The notes under the pieces were generated by a model. That model searched no databases, was not told the origin of the DNA, and saw only the letters and a list, made by a program, of their open reading frames with translations. From NCBI GenBank assembly GCA_039794005.1, contig JBAMMA010000019.1, positions 1 to 64,000 of the forward strand: a DNA stretch of 64,000 nt, given 5' to 3'. A program made the translations under genes and the position numbers. The DNA comes from Thermoplasmata archaeon. Lineage in GTDB: Archaea > Thermoplasmatota > Thermoplasmata > Thermoplasmatales > ARK-15. Of the stretch, positions 19,561-28,978 are shown in pieces. Every line of letters starts with the position of its first letter. Position 1 is the stretch's first letter.

Positions 19561-22500
19561 TTAGGAGGTTTGATTTCCTCCTGTGCTTGTTGTTTCAGGT
19601 TTTTTAGGTTTTCTAAATGCCAGTACTATTGCTACTATCGCTAAAATTAATGCTAAAATTGAAACAGATATTGCAGTATTCATTGATCCCTGAGCTGAAG
19701 ATATTGTCGATTTAACATTTTCAGAAGTGTTTGTTAATGATTGTGAAATCTTTGTAACTGTGTTGTTCAAATCTGCAACGGTGGCATATTGACTTGGCTG
19801 ATAATAGAAGAATTCTGGAACAATTATATTTACATTGTTGTTATCCGTCAAGTTTAAGAATACAGCATTTAATCCAGAATAGAATCCGGAAACATTTGCA
19901 TACCACTGATATATACCTGGAGATATTTCAGTATATGTAACATTGAATGGATTCATTGGATTATCTAGGTATAATACAACATTTTTGATTCCTGAAGGTG
20001 CCCATATCATTCCTTTTATTGTATAACTTGAATTTGTCAATACCTGTGAAGGCATAAGATTAATGTATTGAGCACTTGGCTGTGGTGCATAAGATACAAG
20101 TGTAAGATAATAGACACCACCAAAGACATTTCCTGATAATTTAATTATGACTGTATCAATAGTGAATGGATTTCCATTAACTGTAGTGTTTACAGGGGTT
20201 ATATAATATGTCGTTTCTCCAATATTATTTGTAAGGCCAGATCCAATGACATTTCCGGTAGAGGATGTAACAGATATTTGAGATTTTGAAAGTGGATTTC
20301 CATATTGATCATATGCATTTACTGTTAATATCGCTGTTGAATTGTATGGCAATGTATATACATTAGAAGAGACATATAACAATCCCTGATAAGGTACAAC
20401 TATAATATTAATACCTTGTACAATTGAAGCTATTCCCCATGCATTCTGCGCTGTTGGTTTAGGATATGCTGGCATATAGTTCCATCCAACATACATAGCA
20501 TCCTGCAACAATGACGTTGTACCCTTCAAAGGTAATGTTGCATATACCATTCCATTTGAATTTGTAGTATATGTATAAACTGGTTGAATACCTAAATTAC
20601 CGAATGGTAAGACGAAGTTTATGAATGATGGATTTGAAACAAATAGTTTTGAATAGAATGAAAGACTCTGATTTACCTGGGGTGTATCAGTTGCATTGAC
20701 TAATTTTGCATATACGTTAATGCTGCCTCCACTAAATCCGAATGAATTGTTTACATTGATAATCGCAATTCTGACATCCATTGCTCTCTGTACTACTATT
20801 TGATTTGTTAGATATTCTGAACCCATTATGTAGAAATTACCATTCGCTATAACACCTGGAGGATATATTCCACTCGTATATGGATAATACGCATAGGCAT
20901 AAGGTATTGCATATAAGTCTATTTTAGTGTCCATTAATGGAGAAACTAAACCTGGTAGATAGAATGTTCCAACACCATTTGTTATATATGAATCATCTAC
21001 ATAAATACCATATCCATATAATACATAATCGGATGCTGTTGATCCGAGATATGGATCTTCAATTTGATTATCAAGCTGGCTTTCAAATACTCCTGACATT
21101 GTTGGTAATATTCCCATGTATGTTGTATTTAGATTAATACCTACCAATTCCCATAGAGAATTCATGTATCCTTGAGGAATTCCTGTGCCAGAATAATTAG
21201 TGGTCCAATTAGGATCATACAATCCCAATAATGAACCTGTTGTTGATGCAGTTACAATGAATCCAATTGGTATTGTGCCATTTACTGGCATGTTATATGA
21301 ATTAAAGAGATGCACAACAAACGCATGCATTTTTTCATTTACGTTTACAAAGTTACTATTCATGCCCGTATTTGTGTTATATAATGATATATAACCACCG
21401 TACAAGTTTGTTGGTGTAACTCCATTAACATAAGCAATTGTTAAACTATCTGAAATAAGATATTCTGATGAATCTATAAATGTGATAGATATTCCAGCTG
21501 TTTTAAGTCCAGGCTTAAAGGTTATTGTAATGTTAGTATATCCAAATAAATTGGTTATGCCATATGTATAGTTTTCAATATACGTTGAGTTTGATGCCGA
21601 TATACCAATTTTCATTCCGCTAATAGGATTACCGTTTATATTTACAGCCTGAACTTCGACTGTTGTCTTCAAATCATTCTGATTTACAAAGTAATTTGTT
21701 GCTCCGATAATATGTATTTGATCCCAATTGCTTGGATATGGATTATAATCAAACACTGTTAAACTAATCTGGTTTTCAACTGTATAACCTGGTGCTTTTG
21801 CAGATATAAATAATTTACCGTCCAAATTTCTATTAGCATAAGTGTTTTTCATTTCGCTAACTGATGGGGCTGAATAAACGAAAGTTGCAATACCATTTGC
21901 ATTGGTATAATTATACAAAGGATATATATTACCAAAACCAATAAGATTTGAAGCAATTGATATATTGGCTCCAGATACAGGCTTTCCATATTGATTAACA
22001 GCTTTAACTTTAACCAATGTGGTTTCTCCTGGCATAAGAGATGGTGTTGAAACACTTGCAGTAATGAATAATATATTTGGCACAAATTGGACAACTTCAA
22101 TTTGCTGTATTGCTGATGCACTCATATTTGAATAAGATACATTTGCTTTCAGTGTTAAAAATCCAGGAACTGATCCTGTAATATATGTTGTAAACATTCC
22201 GTTCATATTTGTGTATCCAGATGAAGATCCAATTATTACAGATCCATTACCATATTGTGTTAACTTAACATAAGCATTTGGAACAGGCAAACCAAAATTA
22301 TTTGTAACTAAAACAGAGATGGGAACGCTTGATGCAGATGTGGATATTCCAAATCCAGGTTGATTAATTAAAACCTTTTGTGATCCTATAATTACAGCAT
22401 TAATTGATTCTACCTGTTTTGGATATACAATATTTCCTACCTTTTGCTGAATGACTGTTGTTCCTGATTGACCTGTTGGAACTGAATACATGTGAAGATT

Positions 22501-24330
22501 TGCAAGTGAATATATATTATAAATACTGCCTTCCCATGAGAACCATCCAGTCCATACATTCAAAGTTGCCTCAATATTTATTGAATAATATAATACATTA
22601 ACAGGGATAGCTTCGCTGAGTATCCCCTGGGCCCATTTTGTATAATAAATCTGCTGACTTGGATTAAATGTTGTTAAGGCTTTATTTATCACATCGTTAA
22701 ACTGCCATGCAAGCTGTGATGTCTGGTTATCGGCCAAAGTCTTTATATTTGGGAAATTGGGATTTGTATAATTTGAAGGCCAGAATGCTTCATAATTATT
22801 TGGAACATTCATTCCAAATATATCCGCAAGATTTCCTATTGGATCAAGACTTAGAGACCAACCCAAGGTTAACATCTGGTATTGATAAGCAGACATTAAA
22901 GCAACAAGTGTATTGAAATCCTGCGCCTTGGCTACTGCATTGATTCCAATCTGAGACATTTTGTATGCAAGGGCTTCGCCTACCTTTACCCTTATAGGAT
23001 CATAATCCGCTGGAGGAGTCAAAATCGTGATGGGTGGCATTGGTTGTCCATTTGGCATCATTCTCCATCCATTTGGACCTATCGGGAAGCCCGATGTATT
23101 TAATATATAAGATGCATTTGATGGCGAATATGGATATCTAACAACTGATGAGTTATACCATGCTGTGAAGAATGGTGGCTCAGTTGAGTCACCTGGTTGA
23201 CCTAAACCAGCCATATAATCTTGGACTATTGTATTTTTATCTATAAGATGTGAGACAGCCTCTCTAAATGCTAAATAATTCATGGGCTGTTGAGCCATAT
23301 TGAATGCAAGATAGAAATATCCATTGTTTGGACTGTAAAACAAGTTTATATTCGGATTAGATTTCAATTCAGGAACATAACTTCCCGGTATTGACCATGC
23401 AATATAATCTACATCTCCTGTTTGCAGGGCCAATATTGCAGTATCTAATGTTGTATAAATCTTAAAGTATATTTCTGTAACATTCCTTGGATAAACAGAA
23501 TATCCGGAAGGCGTTACATAATTCTTTCCCCAGAAGTATTTATTTAATTTAATAATTTCATAAGAATTCTGAACACCACCTGCATAATAATAATTACTTG
23601 TTCCCATAGTGGCCAAAGGACTGCCTGTCCACTGAGTATTTACAACACCGTTGGTACTGCCATTTGGATTAACTACTGGTGGTTTTGTATTATTATCATA
23701 CGGTAATCCTGTTACAGTAAGATGATTTTTCCAAATCTTCCATGGTATTATGGGTATACTCATAGTACCCATGAAGAATTCCCCATAGGGCTGATACATA
23801 GTGAATTCAACGGTAAAGTTATCTATAAATTTCACATGACGTAGCATTTCATAGTATGTAACATAACCATATTCCTGATCATCGAAAGGTGTTGTAAATG
23901 CCGATCCAGAAACTGTTGTTCCATACCTCTCAGCAAAATATGAAAAAACAACGTCTTTTGCTGTTAATTCATATGCAGGCGTGCCATTTCCTGGCCAAAC
24001 AAAATAAACACCCTGCCTTATATGAACGATTAATGTTAAATTAGAAGGATAAAAAGTAGCATTCTGCGCTAAATATGGTACCATTTCACCATTTTCATCC
24101 ATAGTATAGAGAGAATCCCATCCCCAACCAATTATATCAGCTTTCCAAACAGTATTTGTTGGAATGTTGAAATAGTTATAATTTGCCATATCTTGCTGCA
24201 ATGCAATGTATAATATACCAGAAGAGTTTGTATTCTTATTTAAAGACACAGCAGAGCTCATTGAGGAAAAGCCACTTAATAACACCATACCAACAACAAA
24301 TAGACCAAGTGCTATCAATAATTCCCTCAT
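19561..24330 (-). CDS. oppA: Giant family-5 solute-binding protein (OppA/DppA) with Ig-like repeats and a C-terminal TM anchor
   Basis: Signal peptide; SBP_5 motifs (PYLA, IRQGVYF, LTAKDVVFS, ALQTGDVD, YLAFN, FREAVSHLIDK); repeated V.v.d..G.Pv.g..i.....TN..G.a units; TM and KPKK tail. Start reassigned to ATG 24330 (GGTGA SD). Confidence 0.88.
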   Translation of the reverse strand: MRELLIALGLFVVGMVLLSGFSSMSSAVSLNKNTNSSGILYIALQQDMANYNYFNIPTNTVWKADIIGWGWDSLYTMDENGEMVPYLAQNATFYPSNLTLIVHIRQGVYFVWPGNGTPAYELTAKDVVFSYFAERYGTTVSGSAFTTPFDDQEYGYVTYYEMLRHVKFIDNFTVEFTMYQPYGEFFMGTMSIPIIPWKIWKNHLTVTGLPYDNNTKPPVVNPNGSTNGVVNTQWTGSPLATMGTSNYYYAGGVQNSYEIIKLNKYFWGKNYVTPSGYSVYPRNVTEIYFKIYTTLDTAILALQTGDVDYIAWSIPGSYVPELKSNPNINLFYSPNNGYFYLAFNMAQQPMNYLAFREAVSHLIDKNTIVQDYMAGLGQPGDSTEPPFFTAWYNSSVVRYPYSPSNASYILNTSGFPIGPNGWRMMPNGQPMPPITILTPPADYDPIRVKVGEALAYKMSQIGINAVAKAQDFNTLVALMSAYQYQMLTLGWSLSLDPIGNLADIFGMNVPNNYEAFWPSNYTNPNFPNIKTLADNQTSQLAWQFNDVINKALTTFNPSQQIYYTKWAQGILSEAIPVNVLYYSINIEATLNVWTGWFSWEGSIYNIYSLANLHMYSVPTGQSGTTVIQQKVGNIVYPKQVESINAVIIGSQKVLINQPGFGISTSASSVPISVLVTNNFGLPVPNAYVKLTQYGNGSVIIGSSSGYTNMNGMFTTYITGSVPGFLTLKANVSYSNMSASAIQQIEVVQFVPNILFITASVSTPSLMPGETTLVKVKAVNQYGKPVSGANISIASNLIGFGNIYPLYNYTNANGIATFVYSAPSVSEMKNTYANRNLDGKLFISAKAPGYTVENQISLTVFDYNPYPSNWDQIHIIGATNYFVNQNDLKTTVEVQAVNINGNPISGMKIGISASNSTYIENYTYGITNLFGYTNITITFKPGLKTAGISITFIDSSEYLISDSLTIAYVNGVTPTNLYGGYISLYNTNTGMNSNFVNVNEKMHAFVVHLFNSYNMPVNGTIPIGFIVTASTTGSLLGLYDPNWTTNYSGTGIPQGYMNSLWELVGINLNTTYMGILPTMSGVFESQLDNQIEDPYLGSTASDYVLYGYGIYVDDSYITNGVGTFYLPGLVSPLMDTKIDLYAIPYAYAYYPYTSGIYPPGVIANGNFYIMGSEYLTNQIVVQRAMDVRIAIINVNNSFGFSGGSINVYAKLVNATDTPQVNQSLSFYSKLFVSNPSFINFVLPFGNLGIQPVYTYTTNSNGMVYATLPLKGTTSLLQDAMYVGWNYMPAYPKPTAQNAWGIASIVQGINIIVVPYQGLLYVSSNVYTLPYNSTAILTVNAYDQYGNPLSKSQISVTSSTGNVIGSGLTNNIGETTYYITPVNTTVNGNPFTIDTVIIKLSGNVFGGVYYLTLVSYAPQPSAQYINLMPSQVLTNSSYTIKGMIWAPSGIKNVVLYLDNPMNPFNVTYTEISPGIYQWYANVSGFYSGLNAVFLNLTDNNNVNIIVPEFFYYQPSQYATVADLNNTVTKISQSLTNTSENVKSTISSAQGSMNTAISVSILALILAIVAIVLAFRKPKKPETTSTGGNQTS

Positions 24331-24371
24331 GAAATTCACCAATTGTTTTATATTAAAATAATATTTAAACA

Positions 24372-24395
24372 TTTTGGTATATTAATATACCAAAA
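24372..24395. promoter_or_regulatory. Perfect 24-bp palindrome between two divergent TATA boxes
   Basis: TTTTGGTATATT|AATATACCAAAA; flanked by TTTAAATA on the minus strand (toward oppA) and TTTAAAAT on the plus strand. Confidence 0.65.
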
Positions 24396-24428
24396 CTTTA
24401 AAATTATGGAAAATCATTCATATGCCAA

Positions 24429-26318
24429 ATGAAAAAAATATATGTAATTATTTATTTAATTTCAATAGCTTCAATTGCATCAATATTGAGGCTTATTCCA
24501 TCATTTAATTATTATGTTTGGGGTGTAGATTTTGGGATATATTATAATATTTTAAAGAGCTTATCTATTCAAAATCTTTTATATAAACCAATGAATTCTA
24601 TATGGGGTACTTCCGGATATGGATATTTTCCTGTACCATATATAATCATGATGGGTTTTCATTATTTAACTGGATTAAGTATTCACTTTATAATGATGCA
24701 TTTTCCTCAGGTATTTTCTTCTTTTACAGTTATTGGAATTTTTTTAATTTCCAGAGAATTGACAAAATTTGACTTAATATCTTTAATTGCATCAATCATG
24801 GTAGCAATTAATCCATTTGATGTATTTGAGGAATCTATGATCGGTTTATTAATTTTTGGTCATGTTTTTTTAATTTTTTCAATTTTATTTCTCTTACTAT
24901 ACATAAAATACAATAAAATGAAATATCTTTATCTTTCATTTACATTTGGTATTCTATTAATGCTTTCACATCATCTCTCAACTTTGATGTTTATTATACC
25001 TTTAATTTTTATTTCTATTTATTATAAAAATCATAAGACACTTTTCTATTATGTTTTAATTTATATATCCATGGTGTTTGCATATTGGTTATTATTTATT
25101 CCCTCAATGAAATTTTTCTTTCAATATGGATTGTTAGGCATACCATTTTACTTTGTTCCCACAATATTTTATTTAATTTATGTTATTTTATATTTTAAAA
25201 TAAATAAAATTATTGAATTATTGAAATCTTATAAACTCAAACTTAAATTAACAAATTTCAAAATATTGATGAATAATTTAAATACTTACCTATTCGCTTT
25301 GATTGTTGGCTTAATTGTTGAAATTTTATTGTTAATTGGGATAGAAGGTATAAAAATAAACTTAAATGTTTTCATTTTTTCAATACCATTTTTATTAATA
25401 ATATCATTTTCAGGTCCAGGATTTCTGAATATCAAAAAATATAAAAATGCAACATTTTTATTGATATGGATATCTTCATTAACAGTTGTATTTTTTTATT
25501 CGTTGTTTACATGGAATGGAATATTAATACCTTACAGATTCTTGGAATATATATTTGAACCAATGTCAATCATCTCCGGGATAGGAATTTATGAATCTTA
25601 TTTAGTTTTGAATAAAAAATTCAATAATTATCATAATATAAAAATCATAAACATTAACAACAACGTTTATAATATTTCTGGATTGAATATTAATAATGGT
25701 GCTACATACTTTAGATTTTATAACAACCATCCATTTTTGGGAAATAGATTAATTATAAAAAATTATGGATTTAATATAATAACGATTTTTATTTCTATTT
25801 TAATAATAATATTTTTATTTAGTACAATTAGTGTATATCCAATTGTTGATCAAGTGAATGAAACTTCTCAAAATTATATAACTCCTTTAATGATGTCTGC
25901 ATTGAATTACTTAATAAAATATGGAAATAGAAATTATTCAGTTGCAACGGATGCCGTAGATGGATTATATTTGGAATCTTTTGGATTTAATTCTACATTT
26001 GAATATACATACAAATTATGGACAGGTGAAAATTGGACAGATGCAATTAATGAACTTTATGGAAACAATACATATCCAAAGATAGGATACGTTTTAATCA
26101 ATTCAAACATGTTTTATAATGGAATATATGGATATGAGCTTAGTACCCATCCAAGCTATGATCCCCCAATATATTTAAACAACACAACATTTAACAAATT
26201 TTTCAGACAACCATTTTATATTTTATATTACAATAATACATTTGATAATTCACAATGGGTTTATGTCTTTGGAGTAAATTGGACATATATAAACAATTAT
26301 TTGAAAAATTCAAATTAA
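24429..26318 (+). CDS. Polytopic membrane protein, probable GT-C-fold glycosyltransferase
   Basis: Many TM helices; acidic loop after TM1 (WGVDFGIYY); Y..FP, HHLS, PYRFLEY; C-terminal extracellular domain with sequons. Confidence 0.6.
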   Translation: MKKIYVIIYLISIASIASILRLIPSFNYYVWGVDFGIYYNILKSLSIQNLLYKPMNSIWGTSGYGYFPVPYIIMMGFHYLTGLSIHFIMMHFPQVFSSFTVIGIFLISRELTKFDLISLIASIMVAINPFDVFEESMIGLLIFGHVFLIFSILFLLLYIKYNKMKYLYLSFTFGILLMLSHHLSTLMFIIPLIFISIYYKNHKTLFYYVLIYISMVFAYWLLFIPSMKFFFQYGLLGIPFYFVPTIFYLIYVILYFKINKIIELLKSYKLKLKLTNFKILMNNLNTYLFALIVGLIVEILLLIGIEGIKINLNVFIFSIPFLLIISFSGPGFLNIKKYKNATFLLIWISSLTVVFFYSLFTWNGILIPYRFLEYIFEPMSIISGIGIYESYLVLNKKFNNYHNIKIININNNVYNISGLNINNGATYFRFYNNHPFLGNRLIIKNYGFNIITIFISILIIIFLFSTISVYPIVDQVNETSQNYITPLMMSALNYLIKYGNRNYSVATDAVDGLYLESFGFNSTFEYTYKLWTGENWTDAINELYGNNTYPKIGYVLINSNMFYNGIYGYELSTHPSYDPPIYLNNTTFNKFFRQPFYILYYNNTFDNSQWVYVFGVNWTYINNYLKNSN

Positions 26319-26353
26319 AAAAATTTTTAATTTTTATTGATTTTTAGCATATC

Positions 26354-27574
26354 ATGAATGAAGATGAAGGTAAAAATAAAATTTATTGGGCAGAAAGGTG
26401 GATGAAAATATTATCAGATGTGAGAGAAAAATTTTCAAAAGAAAAACCTTTTAAGAATTTGAAAATTGGAATGGCTCTTCATCTTGAGGCAAAAACTGCC
26501 GCATTGGCTAGGGCTTTAAAGGAGGGAGGTGCCGAAATATATATAACATCTTGCAATCCATTAACAACAGATGACGATGTGGCAGAAGCATTATCAAAAG
26601 AAATGAATGTTTTTGCTAAAAGGGGGCAAACAAGGGAGGAATATTATGAAAGCCTTTACAAGGTAATAGATTCAAATCCAGATATAATTATAGATGATGG
26701 CGGTGATTTAACAACAATTTTGCATAAGGATAGAATAAACATTAAGGTAATTGGGGGGAATGAAGAAACAACTACAGGTGTTCAAAGACTTAAGATTATG
26801 GAAAAGAATGGAGTACTGAGGTTTCCAATGTTTGATATAAATGATGCTGATATGAAACATCTTTTTGATAATAGATACGGTACTGGACAGAGTACTTTAG
26901 ATGGTATAATGTCAACAACCAACATTCTATTGGCAGGCAAAAATGTTGTGGTTGCAGGATATGGATGGTGTGGAAAAGGAATAGCAATGAGATTGAAGGG
27001 GATGGGAGCAAAGGTAACTGTAACGGAAGTAGATCCTATAAAAGCATCTGAGGCCTATATGGATGGTTTTGAAGTGAAAACCATGGAGGATGCAATAAAA
27101 AATGCAGATATTCTGATAACTGCAACAGGTGTAAAAGATGTAGTTAGAAAAGAGCATATCATTAACGCTAAAGATGGTCTAATATTGGCTAATGCAGGAC
27201 ATTTTGATGTAGAAATTAATAAAAATGACATTGCTGATTATAGCATTGAGAAAAAAGTTGTAAGAAGATATGTCGAGGAATATAAATTAAAAAATGGAAA
27301 TAAAATTTACCTCCTGGGTGAAGGAAGATTAATAAACTTAGTCGGTGGTCAAGGACATCCTATAGAAATCATGGATCTCTCATTTTCCCTACAAGCTCTT
27401 ACGGCAGAATATTTGGTTAAAAATAGAGAAAATTTGCAAAATAAGGTTTATCCAGTTCCAAAAGAGATTGATAGATATGTCGCGGAAATATTCCTAAAAA
27501 TCAAAAATATAAACATAGACAAATTAACTGAGGAGCAGAAAAAATATATTGAATCCTGGGATTCTGGCACATAG
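26354..27574 (+). CDS. ahcY: S-adenosylhomocysteine hydrolase
   Basis: LHLEAKTA, SCNPLTT, DDGGD, EETTTG, KHLFDNRYGTGQS, GYGWCGKG, NAGHFD, GRLINL, GHP. Confidence 0.97.
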   Translation: MNEDEGKNKIYWAERWMKILSDVREKFSKEKPFKNLKIGMALHLEAKTAALARALKEGGAEIYITSCNPLTTDDDVAEALSKEMNVFAKRGQTREEYYESLYKVIDSNPDIIIDDGGDLTTILHKDRINIKVIGGNEETTTGVQRLKIMEKNGVLRFPMFDINDADMKHLFDNRYGTGQSTLDGIMSTTNILLAGKNVVVAGYGWCGKGIAMRLKGMGAKVTVTEVDPIKASEAYMDGFEVKTMEDAIKNADILITATGVKDVVRKEHIINAKDGLILANAGHFDVEINKNDIADYSIEKKVVRRYVEEYKLKNGNKIYLLGEGRLINLVGGQGHPIEIMDLSFSLQALTAEYLVKNRENLQNKVYPVPKEIDRYVAEIFLKIKNINIDKLTEEQKKYIESWDSGT

Positions 27575-27582
27575 GTGAGAAA

Positions 27583-28209
27583 ATGAAAATATTGGTTATG
27601 TCGGACCTTCATTCAAGGGTAAACTATTTTTTGATAGATGATTTAGTAAGAAAACACAATGCAAAGTTAGTATTACTTCTCGGTGATCTGACAAATTTTG
27701 GTCCCCCAGAAAAAGTTTTGGAATTAAAATCTAAGGTTGTTGATATTGTTTCAATACCAGGAAATTGCGATCCTCCTGAAGTATTAAATATGATAGATAA
27801 AGCCGGTTTGATAAATGCGCATAAAAGGAAAATAAAAATATATGGATTGGAAATTGTTGGATTGGGAGGATCTGACAGAGACTTCGTGAATATGGGAATA
27901 TATTTCGATGATGATGAAGCTTATAAATTCTTACATGAAAATTTAACTGAAAATTCATATTTGATGCTTCATCAACCACCTTATGGAATTCTTGATACAG
28001 TCAGAACAGGCAATGGTGGAAATAGAGGTATAAGAAAAGCCATATTTGAAAAAAGACCAAAGGTTGTATTTTCAGGACATATTCATGAGGCTAGAGGTAT
28101 TGAAGAAATAGATGGAATAAAATTTATAAATCCCGGAGCTGCAAAGGAGGGAAATTATGTGATATTTGATACTGAAACTATGAAACCTGAATTTTTGAAT
28201 TTTGAATAA
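27583..28209 (+). CDS. Calcineurin-like metallophosphoesterase (Icc-related)
   Basis: SDLH, GDLT, PGNCD, HQPP, GHIHE, NPG. Confidence 0.9.
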   Translation: MKILVMSDLHSRVNYFLIDDLVRKHNAKLVLLLGDLTNFGPPEKVLELKSKVVDIVSIPGNCDPPEVLNMIDKAGLINAHKRKIKIYGLEIVGLGGSDRDFVNMGIYFDDDEAYKFLHENLTENSYLMLHQPPYGILDTVRTGNGGNRGIRKAIFEKRPKVVFSGHIHEARGIEEIDGIKFINPGAAKEGNYVIFDTETMKPEFLNFE

Positions 28210-28210
28210 A

Positions 28211-28978
28211 TCACCTTTTTTCAAGATCTAAACCTCCACTATAAACACTCTGAATAATGTAATAAATATCTTCGAAACCTTTCATATCTTTTGAAGAAAC
28301 GAAGGAATATCCGGCAAGATTTCCCATGGCATCCAGGGCTTTAAAGATTTCAGTGAAATATACCGATTCTATTTTTTTACCCTCATTTCTTAAATCTTCA
28401 TACAAGATATCTCTATCGTTGTTCCACATCTTTAATCTAGTTATATCAGCATCTGATATCAAATCTATTTTGTTAAACACATTTAAATATGGGGAATAAA
28501 ACCTAAAGTATATACTTGCTGAAAGCATATTTAATGATACATAGCCTGAGGGCGTCTGGGCAATCATTGGGTCCATTAAAAATATAATAAATCCATGATT
28601 TTGTGAAATTCTTTGAAATATCAGTTCACTAGAGGTTCGAAAAGCGAACAATTCCAATTGCCCCGGAGTATCAAATATAATGTAATCGGGATCATTCTCT
28701 TCTGCTCTGTTTAATATATCCTCAACATAATTTATCATCATATCTGCAGCCAAAATCTGAGCTCCATTTGGTCCTAAATTGTATTCAGACATTATGTCCG
28801 ATAAAACTATATATTCTCTGATATCAACATGCGGTTCATAAGGGATATAATCTGCACCAGGGTCCAGATTTACCAGATTTGCCAGATAGTTTTGATTTTC
28901 CATCCAATCATTAAAACCTGCGGTAAAAGTAGATTTCCCAGAACCTGCCGGACCAACAACAAATATCTTTACGCTCAT
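28211..28978 (-). CDS. GPN-loop GTPase
   Basis: GPAGSGKST, NLDPG, LGPNG, DTPGQLE, NKID. Confidence 0.94.
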   Translation of the reverse strand: MSVKIFVVGPAGSGKSTFTAGFNDWMENQNYLANLVNLDPGADYIPYEPHVDIREYIVLSDIMSEYNLGPNGAQILAADMMINYVEDILNRAEENDPDYIIFDTPGQLELFAFRTSSELIFQRISQNHGFIIFLMDPMIAQTPSGYVSLNMLSASIYFRFYSPYLNVFNKIDLISDADITRLKMWNNDRDILYEDLRNEGKKIESVYFTEIFKALDAMGNLAGYSFVSSKDMKGFEDIYYIIQSVYSGGLDLEKR

